Source of the DNA: Candidatus Paceibacter sp. | GTDB taxonomy: Bacteria > Patescibacteriota > Minisyncoccia > UBA6257 > JAGOQP01 | DNA: 64,000 bases | Direction of reading: 5' to 3' | Assembly (NCBI GenBank): GCA_020724905.1 | Contig: DYGB01000003.1 | Span: 1,431 to 65,430 of the forward strand | Shown here: in pieces, positions 33,075 through 43,224 of the stretch | How positions within the stretch are numbered: position 1 is the stretch's first letter | Layout: every line of letters starts with the position of its first letter | Notes under the pieces: model-generated | What the model was told of the DNA's origin: nothing | Database searches by the model: none | Seen by the model: the letters and a program-made list of their open reading frames with translations, nothing else | Program-made: the position numbers and the translations under genes

Positions 33075-33159
33075 CGGAGGGTACAGGATTCGAACCTGTG
33101 TTTCCAGAAAGGAAACTGCATTTCGAGTGCAGCGCATTAAACCACTCTGCCAACCCTCC
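33075..33159 (-). tRNA. tRNA-Ser(CGA)
   Basis: Anticodon arm CTGCA-CTCGAAA-TGCAG, long variable arm, GGTTCGAATCC. Confidence 0.95.
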
Positions 33160-33169
33160 ACTATATATG

Positions 33170-33241
33170 TGTCCTTGGCAGGAGTTGAACCTGCATCTGA
33201 AACTTAGGAGGTTTCCGTTCTATCCATTGAACTACAAGGAC
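33170..33241 (-). tRNA. tRNA-Arg(CCT)
   Basis: GAAAC-CTCCTAA-GTTTC. Confidence 0.95.
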
Positions 33242-33300
33242 ATATTGTGTTCGTTGAATCTTTTGGTATTGTAATATACACAGTATATTTTACAACGTAA

Positions 33301-33371
33301 GGGCCTATAGTATAGCGGTAGAACGCTTCCATGGCATGGAAGAGGTCGGGGTTCGACTCCCCGTAGGTCCA
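33301..33371 (+). tRNA. tRNA-Ala(GGC)
   Basis: CTTCC-ATGGCAT-GGAAG; G3-U70 pair. Confidence 0.95.
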
Positions 33372-33388
33372 CCTTCGGTCGTATTTAT

Positions 33389-33446
33389 AATGTCAAACTT
33401 ATTAACATCTATATGTTTGACATTTTTACATATACTTGTGTATACT
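33389..33446 (+). promoter_or_regulatory. TA promoter with operator-like inverted repeat
   Basis: AATGTCAAAC/GTTTGACATT 10-bp inverted repeat overlapping TTGACA (33417); TATACT at 33441. Confidence 0.65.
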
Positions 33447-33453
33447 TGTAGAT

Positions 33454-34143
33454 ATGAGTAATAAACATGCACAATTTATCAAAGCGCTGAGAGTTAAGCG
33501 TGGTTTTTCTCAATCCGAACTTGCTATAAAACTTGGAATGTCCAGACCTTCGTATATAGCAGTAGAACAAGGAAAGAAGGAATTAACTCTTTCAGAAGCA
33601 GAAAAACTTTCTGAGATTTTTGGGGTGTCTCTGAAAGAAATGGAAAGTGGTGTCTTTGCGAATTATGAAAAATATAAACAAATGATCATTGCTTATATAA
33701 GAAATGCTGGATCAAAGAAAAACGGGTGTATCACAAAAACAAAGCTAGCTAAACTTGTATATTTAGCGGATTTTGCATGGTTTTATAACCACTTAGAAAG
33801 CATGAGTGGTATGCAGTATAGAAAAATTCAATATGGACCTGTCCCAGATTCTTATTTCCGTGCTATAGATGAGCTTTTTGAAGATGGGCAAATTGAGATT
33901 ATTCCAACAGAAGATGGGGCTATGCTTATTTCTCAAACGAGAAATGGAGCAAAGATTGCGCTATCTGAAATTAATAAAGACGAAAAAAAACTTATAAAAA
34001 ATATTTCAGATAAGTGGAAAGACAAGAATACGAAAGAGATAGTTGCTTTTACTCATAACCAACTTCCATACGCTGTCTGTTTAGATAATGAAATTATTCC
34101 GTATGAATTAATAACTCAGGAAAATCCAGAAGATGTCTACTAA
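33454..34143 (+). CDS. XRE-HTH + Panacea (DUF4065/SocA-like) antitoxin
   Basis: HTH SQSELAIKLG..YIAVEQG; TKLAKLVYLADF...YGPVP...AFTH. Confidence 0.85.
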   Translation: MSNKHAQFIKALRVKRGFSQSELAIKLGMSRPSYIAVEQGKKELTLSEAEKLSEIFGVSLKEMESGVFANYEKYKQMIIAYIRNAGSKKNGCITKTKLAKLVYLADFAWFYNHLESMSGMQYRKIQYGPVPDSYFRAIDELFEDGQIEIIPTEDGAMLISQTRNGAKIALSEINKDEKKLIKNISDKWKDKNTKEIVAFTHNQLPYAVCLDNEIIPYELITQENPEDVY

Positions 34144-34528
34144 GTATGTTGTTATCATAGAACCATTTGCCGATAGGCACTACATAAGAACCTTTGCTAA
34201 AAAATATAAAAAGGCTTGGGATTTCACTTTATCAGCTATAGTTCGTGAACTTCAAAGTTTTGACGTCATTCTGAAAAAGAGTATTACTGAAGAAATTACA
34301 GATAAAAATGCTGATATTGTTATTTGTAAAACAGAATTTAAGATTTCAGGAACGCAAGAATCAAGACATGGCTCAGGTAATAGATGCATTGTGGCAAAGC
34401 ATAAAAATACGAACAAGATTTGTGTTTTACTTGTGTATCATAAAAACGATCTAGGTGGTGGAAATGAGACTGCAAATTGGAAAAATGTAATTAAAGAAAA
34501 TTATCCAGAATATAAAGATTTACTTTAA
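34133..34528 (+). CDS. putative RelE/HigB-like toxin
   Basis: Overlaps antitoxin stop; GSGNRCIV...VLLVYHKND resembles HigB2 GGxRxI..LLxxYxK. Confidence 0.6.
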   Translation: MSTKYVVIIEPFADRHYIRTFAKKYKKAWDFTLSAIVRELQSFDVILKKSITEEITDKNADIVICKTEFKISGTQESRHGSGNRCIVAKHKNTNKICVLLVYHKNDLGGGNETANWKNVIKENYPEYKDLL

Positions 34529-34598
34529 TTTCTCAACATTAGAAATAAAGACAACAAAAAACCCGCAGATTAATCTACGGGGTTTTTGTATATATCTG

Positions 34599-34670
34599 TC
34601 GGGCCACCGGGACTCGAACCCGAACTAAATCCTCCCAAAGGACTCGTGCTAGCCATTACACTATGGCCCG
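34599..34670 (-). tRNA. tRNA-Pro(TGG)
   Basis: AGTCC-TTTGGGA-GGATT. Confidence 0.93.
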
Positions 34671-34675
34671 AGATG

Positions 34676-34747
34676 TGCCGCGAGAGGGAATCGAACCCCC
34701 GACGCTATCCTCTTCAGGGATACGCTCTACCACTGAGCTATCGCGGC
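34676..34747 (-). tRNA. tRNA-Phe(GAA)
   Basis: TATCC-CTGAAGA-GGATA. Confidence 0.95.
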
Positions 34748-34886
34748 TATTTGATGTTATAAAAGACCTGCTTATCATAGCACGCTATTATTTCTTTGCA
34801 ATATAAATTAGTACCCCTGGATCAGGGATGTTAGAAATTCACTTAAGGGGAGGTAAATTTTGAATAGGGTGTGATAAAATAAAGGC

Positions 34887-35360
34887 ATGGAAAAATCGGT
34901 ATATATAAAGAAAAAAAAGGAAGCCGAAGATATCTACAATAGACAAAGCAAGATTTACAGCCCCTTTTTTAAAGAAAACATAGTTTTAAATTCTGATGGA
35001 TTTCATCATCTTAGATATTCTGCAAGAAAAGAAAGGAAAAAGGAAGAACAAGTATTAAAGTTCATTCTACTACCAAAAGGGCTTCATATTTTAAAGAAAG
35101 CAACCACCGTTCAAGAATACAGAAAGATTTTAATGCCTATAGGAAAAAGATCTAAACGAGATGGATCCATTCAAATGAAGTATGTTGAATGGTGGGGTTT
35201 TATTGCTATATTCATGGAAAGCAAAAATAAAACAAAAGTAAGAGTCGTCTTAAGAAGGATTGGGCAAGGAAATGTTCATTTTTGGAGTGTGATGCCTCAT
35301 TCAAAAATTAGAAATGACAGAACACAGAAGCTTTTTACACAAGGTTTGGAGGATGATTGA
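34887..35360 (+). CDS. basic protein, putative BECR/RelE-superfamily ribonuclease
   Basis: LNSDGFHHLRY and KVRVVLRRIGQGNVHFWSVMP pattern; Lys-rich; family call is inference. Confidence 0.55.
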   Translation: MEKSVYIKKKKEAEDIYNRQSKIYSPFFKENIVLNSDGFHHLRYSARKERKKEEQVLKFILLPKGLHILKKATTVQEYRKILMPIGKRSKRDGSIQMKYVEWWGFIAIFMESKNKTKVRVVLRRIGQGNVHFWSVMPHSKIRNDRTQKLFTQGLEDD

Positions 35361-35364
35361 AATA

Positions 35365-35457
35365 AACAAAAACACCATCAATAAGACAGTGTTTTTGTTG
35401 TGCTTGTCTTCAGCTTTGGAACTCCTTAGCTGAACGGGGCTTTCGCCCACAAGCACA
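35365..35457 (-). ncRNA. candidate small structured RNA convergent with the RNase-like gene
   Basis: Minus-strand TTGACT-16-TAGTAT promoter (35490-35463), three-way junction with GAAA tetraloop, terminator hairpin. Confidence 0.65.
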
Positions 35458-35587
35458 TTTGTATACTAGCACAAATAGATTAAAAGTCAAAATAAGGATG
35501 TGGATATGAAAAAGACGAAACTTCTATAATGAGGAAGAATTTTTATATGCTTTTTATATTTTACACCCTGTATTAATTTCGTTAATG

Positions 35588-35659
35588 TACCCCCGGAGGG
35601 AATCGAACCCCCATCCGCTCCTTAGAAGGGAGCTGTTCTATCCGTTGAACTACGGGGGC
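35588..35659 (-). tRNA. tRNA-Arg(TCT)
   Basis: GCTCC-CTTCTAA-GGAGC. Confidence 0.95.
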
Positions 35660-35746
35660 AAGGATACAAGCTGATTGTATCTGTATAGAGCATTTAAATC
35701 AACCTATTGCTTTTTTGTAGTCTGTCTCATACAATGAGGTTCTGAT

Positions 35747-35823
35747 GGTGGGCGTAGCTCAGTTGGTAGAGCGTCAGGTTGTGGCCCTGAAGGTCGCCGG
35801 TTCAAGCCCGGTCGCTCACCCCA
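35747..35823 (+). tRNA. tRNA-His(GTG)
   Basis: TCAGG-TTGTGGC-CCTGA; G-1 and CCA encoded. Confidence 0.96.
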
Positions 35824-35917
35824 CCAAAAACTCTCCTCTATATAAGGGAGAGTTTTTATATGCACACCTTCACTATGAAAAGGTGCTATACTATAGGTAA
35901 GTAATAAATAATAAACG

Positions 35918-36778
35918 ATGAAACACAGTATTATCATCCTTGTTGCCTTGGCAGTTGCTCTTCCTGCAATGGCACAGCCAGCACTCCAGAACGCTCCACG
36001 AGAGCGTGGAGGAGAGATGGAAAGGGAAAGAATCGGTGAAATAGAGGGACTTCAAGAAGAAGTTCGAGAAAGAGCAAACGAGATGCGTGAAGTAATGAAT
36101 CAAGAAAGGGAAGTAATGAAAAATGAGCTGCAAGAAAAAAGAGCAGAACTTCAATTGCAGCATCAGGAGGTAAGAGGACAGATTCTTGATAATGGTGTTG
36201 TGGGAGAAGAAGAGATGATGCAGCTTCAGGAGAAGCGAGAAGCGATGAAGCAAGAGATAGAGCAAAAGAGAGAAGCATTCAAGCAAACATATGAAGAAAG
36301 AAAGGCTCAGTATGAGCAAGAACGAGAACAGTACAAAGAACGTATACAAGAGTCTGCAAGAGCATTTTCTGATGAAAGAAAACAGCAGGCAGCACTCAGA
36401 GCTCATGATGCTATAGGGACAGTTAATGAAAAGATAACTGAGAACTTTAGCAGGATGATTGAAAGGCTTGAAGGAGTATTACTCGGAGCAGTATCTCAAA
36501 TGGAAACGTATCAAGGGGAGGGGGTGAATGTAGATGCACTTTCATCAGCAATTGATAACGCACAAGGAGCACTTGATCTTGCACGAAATGCAGTTGAAGA
36601 ACAAAGACTTAAGGTGTATGAAATTCCAGAAACAATAACAGAAGATGAAGTACGTGATGTTCTCAAAGAAGTCAGAGACATGCTCCATGAAGATCTTTCT
36701 GCTATACGAGATCTTCTCAAGGATGCACTTGAGTATGTTGGTACAGTTCGTTCAACACTTTCAGTAACTAATCAATAA
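35918..36778 (+). CDS. secreted Glu/Arg-rich coiled-coil protein
   Basis: Signal peptide ending AMA; helical charged repeats. Confidence 0.8.
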   Translation: MKHSIIILVALAVALPAMAQPALQNAPRERGGEMERERIGEIEGLQEEVRERANEMREVMNQEREVMKNELQEKRAELQLQHQEVRGQILDNGVVGEEEMMQLQEKREAMKQEIEQKREAFKQTYEERKAQYEQEREQYKERIQESARAFSDERKQQAALRAHDAIGTVNEKITENFSRMIERLEGVLLGAVSQMETYQGEGVNVDALSSAIDNAQGALDLARNAVEEQRLKVYEIPETITEDEVRDVLKEVRDMLHEDLSAIRDLLKDALEYVGTVRSTLSVTNQ

Positions 36779-36780
36779 GT

Positions 36781-36996
36781 ATGAAAAAATCACTTATTAC
36801 ACTCATTGTCATTGTATTTATCGTGCTTCTTGCACTTCTTGCATGGCAACTTGGGTATTTTTCTTCTTCAGATGTAGACACAATTGAAGAAACTCCACAA
36901 GAACAAACAGAAACATTTAGTGAACTAGAGGCATCTTTACAGACAGATTTTGAAGCAGATTTTCAAGAAATAGATCAGGAACTGGAAAACCTCTAA
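36781..36996 (+). CDS. small membrane-anchored acidic protein
   Basis: N-terminal TM, acidic C-terminus; followed by terminator AAAACCCGC..GCGGGTTTTT. Confidence 0.7.
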   Translation: MKKSLITLIVIVFIVLLALLAWQLGYFSSSDVDTIEETPQEQTETFSELEASLQTDFEADFQEIDQELENL

Positions 36997-37109
36997 AAAA
37001 CATCAAAAACCCGCTTTTAAAGCGGGTTTTTATGTGGTAAAAAAGATGATTTTTTAGATATTCTATGCTAGAATAAAAGGAGATTCAACATAAGGGCGTT
37101 GTATTTTTT

Positions 37110-39059
37110 ATGGCTGAAAAGAAACAAAAAGAAAAAGAAAATAAACCCTCATATAGTGCGAAAGATATTTTTGTACTTGAGGGACTTGATCCTGTTCGAA
37201 AACGACCAGGAATGTATATTGGTTCAACGGGTGTTGATGGACTTCACCACCTTATTTGGGAAGTTATCGACAACTCCATTGACGAAGCAATGGCAGGACA
37301 TGCAACATTTGTCCGATTACGCCTGCTCAAAGATGGTATTGTTGAAGTAACTGACAATGGACGAGGTATTCCAGTCGACCCTCATCCACAAACAAAAAAA
37401 TCAGCTCTTGAGACAGTACTTTCAACACTTCATGCTGGAGGAAAGTTTGGTGGAGAATCATACAAAGTATCAGGAGGACTTCATGGAGTAGGAGTATCTG
37501 TAGTCAATGCACTTTCTGAATACCTGAAGGCAGAGGTTCATAGAGATGGGGGAGTATATGTTCAGGAATATGAACGAGGAAAACCAAAAAAAGCAGTAAA
37601 AAAGATTGGGAAAACAGATACAACAGGAACCACAATAACCTTTAAAGCAGACAAAGAAATATTCTCAGAAATACGTTACGACAGAAAAAAGATTATTGAT
37701 CATCTGCGACAACAAGCATTTCTTGTAAAAGGAATGTATATAGAAATTATTGATGAACGAGAAGAGATTCCATTTTTCCATGCATTTAAATTTGACGGAG
37801 GACTTCTTTCATTCTTGGGGTATTTAAATGAATTTGGAGATCAGGTTCAAAATAAACCATTCTATGTTAATAAAGAACACGAAGAAATTGAAGTAGAGGT
37901 AGCTTTTCTATATAACAATGACGCAGAAACACAAGAATTGAGTTTTGCAAATAACATCTATACACCTGATGGGGGAATGCATTTGACTGGATTTCGAACA
38001 GCTCTTACCCGTGTGTTAAATGATTTTGCTCGAGAAGGAAACTATATTAAAGACAAAGAAGAGAATCTCACTGGGGAAGATGCTCGTGAGGGAATTGTTG
38101 CAGTGGTATCAGTAAAGATACGAGAACCACAGTTTGAAGGGCAAACAAAGGCTCGCTTAGGAAATCCTCCAGCACGAACAGCTGTTGAGAGCGTTGTAGC
38201 CGAAGCACTTAAAGAATTCTTGGAAAAGAATACACAAGAAGGAAGAGCTATTATTGGAAAAGCACTTCTTGCAGCAAAGGCACGAAAAGCAGCAAAAGCG
38301 GCAAAAGATACAGTACTTCGAAAAGGACCACTTGAAGGATTAACACTTCCTGGAAAACTTGCAGACTGTACGTCAAAGAATCCAGAAGAGTCAGAACTCT
38401 TTATTGTTGAGGGAGACTCTGCTGGTGGATCAGGAAAACAGGGGAGAGATAGACGATTCCAAGCCATCCTTCCTCTCAAAGGAAAAATTCTAAACGTAGA
38501 GAAATCTCGTTTGGATAAAATGCTTGCAAACAATGAAATAAAATCTATCGTTATTGCTCTAGGAACAGCTATTGGTGTTGATTTTACCGTTGAAAAGATT
38601 CGGTATCATAAAATTATCATCATGACGGATGCTGATGTTGATGGAGCTCACATTAGAACACTTCTTTTAACTCTTTTCTTTAGGTATTTCAGAGATACGA
38701 TTGATCAGGGATATATTTATATAGCCCAACCACCACTATATCGTATTCAACAGGGAAGACAGTTTGAATATGTGTATTCAGAACAAGACAAGGATGTTAT
38801 CTTAAAGCAGTTACGAAAAGAGAAAGGGGATGACCTTAAGGGTGTTTCCATCCAACGATATAAGGGTCTTGGAGAAATGAATGCGAACCAACTCTGGGAG
38901 ACAACAATGGATCCAGAAACACGTCGTCTTAAAAAAGTAACCATTCAGGACGCACAGGAGGCAGATCGTATCTTTGATGTGTTGATGGGAGAGAAAGTAG
39001 CTCCTCGAAAACATTTCATCCAAAGTCGAGCAACAACAGTGAAAAATCTTGACATTTAG
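37110..39059 (+). CDS. gyrB: DNA gyrase subunit B
   Basis: VRKRPGMYIG, EVIDNSIDE, DNGRGIP, EGDSAGG, PLKGK, DADVDG. Confidence 0.97.
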   Translation: MAEKKQKEKENKPSYSAKDIFVLEGLDPVRKRPGMYIGSTGVDGLHHLIWEVIDNSIDEAMAGHATFVRLRLLKDGIVEVTDNGRGIPVDPHPQTKKSALETVLSTLHAGGKFGGESYKVSGGLHGVGVSVVNALSEYLKAEVHRDGGVYVQEYERGKPKKAVKKIGKTDTTGTTITFKADKEIFSEIRYDRKKIIDHLRQQAFLVKGMYIEIIDEREEIPFFHAFKFDGGLLSFLGYLNEFGDQVQNKPFYVNKEHEEIEVEVAFLYNNDAETQELSFANNIYTPDGGMHLTGFRTALTRVLNDFAREGNYIKDKEENLTGEDAREGIVAVVSVKIREPQFEGQTKARLGNPPARTAVESVVAEALKEFLEKNTQEGRAIIGKALLAAKARKAAKAAKDTVLRKGPLEGLTLPGKLADCTSKNPEESELFIVEGDSAGGSGKQGRDRRFQAILPLKGKILNVEKSRLDKMLANNEIKSIVIALGTAIGVDFTVEKIRYHKIIIMTDADVDGAHIRTLLLTLFFRYFRDTIDQGYIYIAQPPLYRIQQGRQFEYVYSEQDKDVILKQLRKEKGDDLKGVSIQRYKGLGEMNANQLWETTMDPETRRLKKVTIQDAQEADRIFDVLMGEKVAPRKHFIQSRATTVKNLDI

Positions 39060-39111
39060 TAGGTCCATTGTATACTTCTGCTGTGCAGGTATATGAACCC
39101 TCAGGTATAGT

Positions 39112-39297
39112 ATGATACAAAAAATACAAACATATTTTACAGAGTCATATAAAGAGCTTCGAAAGGTAAATTGGCCAACATCACAAGAAACGGTCCGATT
39201 AACAGGTATTGTGATAGCGCTTTCCTTAGGAGTAGCTCTCTTTTTAGGGCTTTTAGACATTGGTTTTACCTATATTCTTTCTCAACTTATTACCTAA
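39112..39297 (+). CDS. secE: preprotein translocase SecE
   Basis: ELRKVNWPT plus TM; precedes nusG. Confidence 0.93.
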   Translation: MIQKIQTYFTESYKELRKVNWPTSQETVRLTGIVIALSLGVALFLGLLDIGFTYILSQLIT

Positions 39298-39301
39298 CTT
39301 T

Positions 39302-39922
39302 ATGGAAGAGAAAAAAGAAGACCAAACAACAGAAGAAACAACAGAACGAAAAACTCCTAAACAGCTTCGTTTTGACGAGAAAACAAAGTCACAACGAGCA
39401 TGGTATGCAGTGCATACCTATTCAGGGTATGAGGATGCAGTTGCACGATATTTAAAACAGCGTGTTGAATCACTCTCAATGAACGACAAGATCTTTAATG
39501 TGATCGTTCCAAAAGAGAAGAAGATCAGAATAAAGAATGGAAAACGAAAGACAGTTGAAGAGAAGATCTACCCAGGATATGTGCTTGTTGATATGAACCT
39601 CACAGAAGATTCATGGTATGTTGTTCGAAATACTCCTCGTGTTATGGGATTTGTTGGACCAGATTCAACAAAACCAACACCACTTTCAAAATCAGAGATA
39701 GATTATCTCATGTCAAAGATAAAAGGTGATGAAGGAGAAGCACGATATCGAGTTGAATACAGTGAAGGAGATTTAGTGAAAGTTATCGATGGTCCATTTA
39801 ATGATTATGAAGGGAAGATTATAGAAGTTGATGAAGAACAGGGGAGAGTAAAAGTATCCATTCCTGTCTTTGGTCGAGAAACAATAACAGAGATTGATTC
39901 ACTACAAGTTCAAAAAATATAA
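39302..39922 (+). CDS. nusG: transcription factor NusG
   Basis: [32 protein letters not shown]. Confidence 0.97.
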   Translation: MEEKKEDQTTEETTERKTPKQLRFDEKTKSQRAWYAVHTYSGYEDAVARYLKQRVESLSMNDKIFNVIVPKEKKIRIKNGKRKTVEEKIYPGYVLVDMNLTEDSWYVVRNTPRVMGFVGPDSTKPTPLSKSEIDYLMSKIKGDEGEARYRVEYSEGDLVKVIDGPFNDYEGKIIEVDEEQGRVKVSIPVFGRETITEIDSLQVQKI

Positions 39923-39924
39923 CT

Positions 39925-40347
39925 ATGGCAAAAGCAATAAAAAAAGTAGTAAAACTACAACTACAAGCAGGGGAAGCAACACCAGCTCCTCCTACCGGAA
40001 CAGCACTTGGTCCACATGGAATTAACATTGGTCAGTTCTGTCAGCAGTTTAATGACGCAACAAAAGAAATGAAAGGGAGTATTATCCCAGCAGAAATTAC
40101 CATCTATGAAGATCGTTCATTTGATTTTAAATTAAAAACTCCTCCAGCATCAGATATGTTGCGAAAAGCAGCTGGGATAGGAAAGGGAGCAGCAAATCCA
40201 TTGAAAGACAAAGTAGGGAAGGTAACAAAGGCTCAAATAAAGGAAATTGCTGAAAAGAAAATGGAAGATTTGAATGCTACAAGTATCGAAGGAGCTATGA
40301 AGATTATCGAAGGAACAGCACGATCAATGGGCATTGAAGTTAAATAA
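39925..40347 (+). CDS. rplK: 50S ribosomal protein L11
   Basis: [26 protein letters not shown]. Confidence 0.98.
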   Translation: MAKAIKKVVKLQLQAGEATPAPPTGTALGPHGINIGQFCQQFNDATKEMKGSIIPAEITIYEDRSFDFKLKTPPASDMLRKAAGIGKGAANPLKDKVGKVTKAQIKEIAEKKMEDLNATSIEGAMKIIEGTARSMGIEVK

Positions 40348-40435
40348 CATCTCAGTATATAAAAATCCGTCTCTTTAAGGCGGATTTTTTGTGCAAAAAT
40401 GGTAATATAAGACGTGTTAGTTTATACTTTTGTAT

Positions 40436-41884
40436 ATGACGTATCATCCAACAATCGGACTTGAAGTACACGTTGAGCTTCTTACAGAACGGAAGATGTT
40501 TTGTGATTGTCGTAATGATGAAACAGAACTTCAGGCAAATAAGAATACCTGTCCTATCTGTCTAGGCCATCCTGGAACACTTCCTCGTGCAAATAAAAAG
40601 GCAATTGATTACGTTATTAAAACAGGGAGAGCACTTCACTGTTCTATTAACAAAGAATCGAAATTTGACAGAAAAAACTATTTTTATCCAGATCTTCCAA
40701 AGGCATATCAGATTAGTCAGTACGATCAACCACTCTGTATTGATGGATTTTTAGAACTTCCTTTTTCAAAACATACCATACGGATAAAACGTATCCATCT
40801 TGAAGAAGATACAGCACGACTCTCTCATGCGGCAGATGGGAAACATAGTCTTGTTGATTTTAATCGTGCTGGAGTTCCCCTTATGGAACTTGTCACAGAA
40901 CCTGATTTCCATTCAGCAAGTGATGTTGTTGAATTTGCTCAAGAATTTCAGCTCATTCTTCGCTACCTTGGGGTATCAGACGGTGATATGGAAAAGGGGC
41001 ACCTTCGTCTTGAAGCGAATATTTCTGTTGCTCCTGAGGGGAGTGAAACACTTGGAACAAAAGTTGAGATAAAAAACCTTAACTCATTTAAAGTTCTTGA
41101 AAAATCTATTTCTTTTGAAATTGAGAGGCAGTCAAAGGTATATGAAGAAGGAGGATCAATTACACAAGAGACACGAGGATGGGATGAGGAAAAAGGGGAG
41201 ACAGTATCACAACGATCAAAAGAGGAAGCACATGACTATCGATATTTCCCCGAACCAGATCTTCCACCACTTCATTTTTCAGATGAAGATATACGGGTAA
41301 TAGAAGAAAGCATCGCAGAACTTCCTCAAGAAAGAAGAGAAAGACTCTCAAAAGAATATGGACTCTCAGAGAAACAATCTCATGAGCTTGCAAAAGATAT
41401 CTTTTATACAGATTTCTTTGAAGAAGCGGTATCAGAAGCACGAGCACTTGATAAGGGTATTGATCCAAAGAAAGTATACAACTACCTCTTTTCAGATGTA
41501 CGAGGAATAGAGCTTGATATTGCACTCAGTTTAGATGATTCTCATCTCACTCCTCAGAAATTAGCAGATATTGTGGTAAGGGTCACAAGAGGAGATATTT
41601 CAAGTAGAGTCGCAAAAGATATACTCAGCGTTATGTTTCAAGAAGATATATCTGCTGAAGGATATATCAAAGAACATAACCTTGGACAGATATCAGACCC
41701 AGATGCTCTTAGAGGTATTGCAGCAGGCGTGATTAAGGAACATCCTGATGCGGTAGAACAATTTCAGAAAGGAAAAGAGAATGCTGTTCAATTTCTTCTA
41801 GGGCAGGTGATGGCAAAAACAAAGGGAGCTGCAGACCCAAAAGAAAGTAAAGACATCCTCCTAGACCTTCTTAAGAAAATGTAG
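40436..41884 (+). CDS. gatB: Asp/Glu-tRNA amidotransferase subunit B
   Basis: IGLEVHVEL, FDRKNYFYPDLPK, DFNRAGVPLMELV, YRYFPEPDL. Confidence 0.97.
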   Translation: MTYHPTIGLEVHVELLTERKMFCDCRNDETELQANKNTCPICLGHPGTLPRANKKAIDYVIKTGRALHCSINKESKFDRKNYFYPDLPKAYQISQYDQPLCIDGFLELPFSKHTIRIKRIHLEEDTARLSHAADGKHSLVDFNRAGVPLMELVTEPDFHSASDVVEFAQEFQLILRYLGVSDGDMEKGHLRLEANISVAPEGSETLGTKVEIKNLNSFKVLEKSISFEIERQSKVYEEGGSITQETRGWDEEKGETVSQRSKEEAHDYRYFPEPDLPPLHFSDEDIRVIEESIAELPQERRERLSKEYGLSEKQSHELAKDIFYTDFFEEAVSEARALDKGIDPKKVYNYLFSDVRGIELDIALSLDDSHLTPQKLADIVVRVTRGDISSRVAKDILSVMFQEDISAEGYIKEHNLGQISDPDALRGIAAGVIKEHPDAVEQFQKGKENAVQFLLGQVMAKTKGAADPKESKDILLDLLKKM

Positions 41885-42781
41885 GACATCTTTTTCTATC
41901 TGAGAAAGGGATGGTGAGGAAATCCACTCTATATCTGTATTTCGTTTAAACCACGTCATTTGTCTTTTTACAAATTGACGTGTTTTTGTTTCTAGTAAAG
42001 GAATCATTTCCTCAAGCGTCATTTTTCCTTGGAGCACATAAGAGCAGTAGGTGTATTCAAGTCCAAGTGATTCAAGGCGTTTCCATGAAACACCTTCTGT
42101 GTGGAGAAAAGAAACTTCCTCAAGCATTCCCTCGTGTATTCTTCTAAGGAGCCGCGTATGAATACGTTCATAGAGGATATTTTGAGGAAGATCTATTCCA
42201 TAGATACGAAGACTATAGGGAAGTGTTTTTTGTAAAGAAGGAACAGATTCTTTCTCATCGAGTATTTCAAGAGACCTAATAAGGCGTCTTTTATTTTGTG
42301 GATCAACGGTCTTTGCTCGTTGTGGGTCCTTATCCTTGAGGAGTATAAATAGTTCCTCTGATGTTTTTGAAGATAATACTTTTCGTAACTGTGTTTTTGG
42401 AGGAATAGCAGGGAACTGATATCCATACAGAAGTGCATCTACATAAAGTCCACTTCCCCCACAAACGATAGGAATGGTAGAAGAGGCATGAAGACGCGTA
42501 ATAACAGAAGAAGCTTTCTTTTGGAATTGAGAAACGCTGTATGTTTTTTTTGGAGAGGCAACGTCAAGCATGTAGTGGGGGATACCTCTCATCTCTTTGT
42601 CTGTTATTTTCCCAGAACCAATATCAAGTCCTTTGTATACTTGTCGAGAATCAGCAGATACAACGGCTGAAGAATAATCTGTGTGGGTAGTAATTAAAAG
42701 AGCAAGGTCAACAGCAAGATCTGATTTTCCACTTGAAGTTGGTCCTACAATTCCTATAACGGGTGGTTTTGTATTTGACAT
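41861..42781 (-). CDS. miaA: tRNA dimethylallyltransferase
   Basis: GPTSSGKS, ADSRQVY, GGSGLY, KRQMTWF. Confidence 0.96.
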   Translation of the reverse strand: MSNTKPPVIGIVGPTSSGKSDLAVDLALLITTHTDYSSAVVSADSRQVYKGLDIGSGKITDKEMRGIPHYMLDVASPKKTYSVSQFQKKASSVITRLHASSTIPIVCGGSGLYVDALLYGYQFPAIPPKTQLRKVLSSKTSEELFILLKDKDPQRAKTVDPQNKRRLIRSLEILDEKESVPSLQKTLPYSLRIYGIDLPQNILYERIHTRLLRRIHEGMLEEVSFLHTEGVSWKRLESLGLEYTYCSYVLQGKMTLEEMIPLLETKTRQFVKRQMTWFKRNTDIEWISSPSLSQIEKDVLHFLKKV

Positions 42782-43224
42782 GGTATGTGCTCTATGATAC
42801 CATACGAATCTGCTCTTTTCAGTACATTAATATAAGAAGGAGGTATCATGATCGCTCTTCTGATTACTTCACCATTTCAAATGGTGATACCGGTAACAAA
42901 GAAGGAGGGGCGATGCTGTAAGTCCAACAACAGTTATAAAAGGAATTTCCCGTCAGGGTTTACATAACAAAGGAAACTCTTACTATAACAGAGACAGAGA
43001 CCTACATATCGTTCTTGATTTAAATACCTTTTCTTCACACAATTTTAGAGGGCCTTTTTGGCCCTCTTTTTTTATATTGACTATTATATATAAATACTAT
43101 ATTCTGCGGGCAGATTAGACCTTAACAAATTAACAATTGTTCCTCCTTTTTTATGAAAAAGCTGCCTATGCATATAAAAAAGGAATGTACCCACTCATGT
43201 AGCCTCATGGATATTTCTATGGGG

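Noticed and set aside
42790-43220. Intergenic region with AAGGAGG and a 39-codon ORF
   Set aside because: No recognisable protein or RNA motif beyond a terminator hairpin at about 43047-43073
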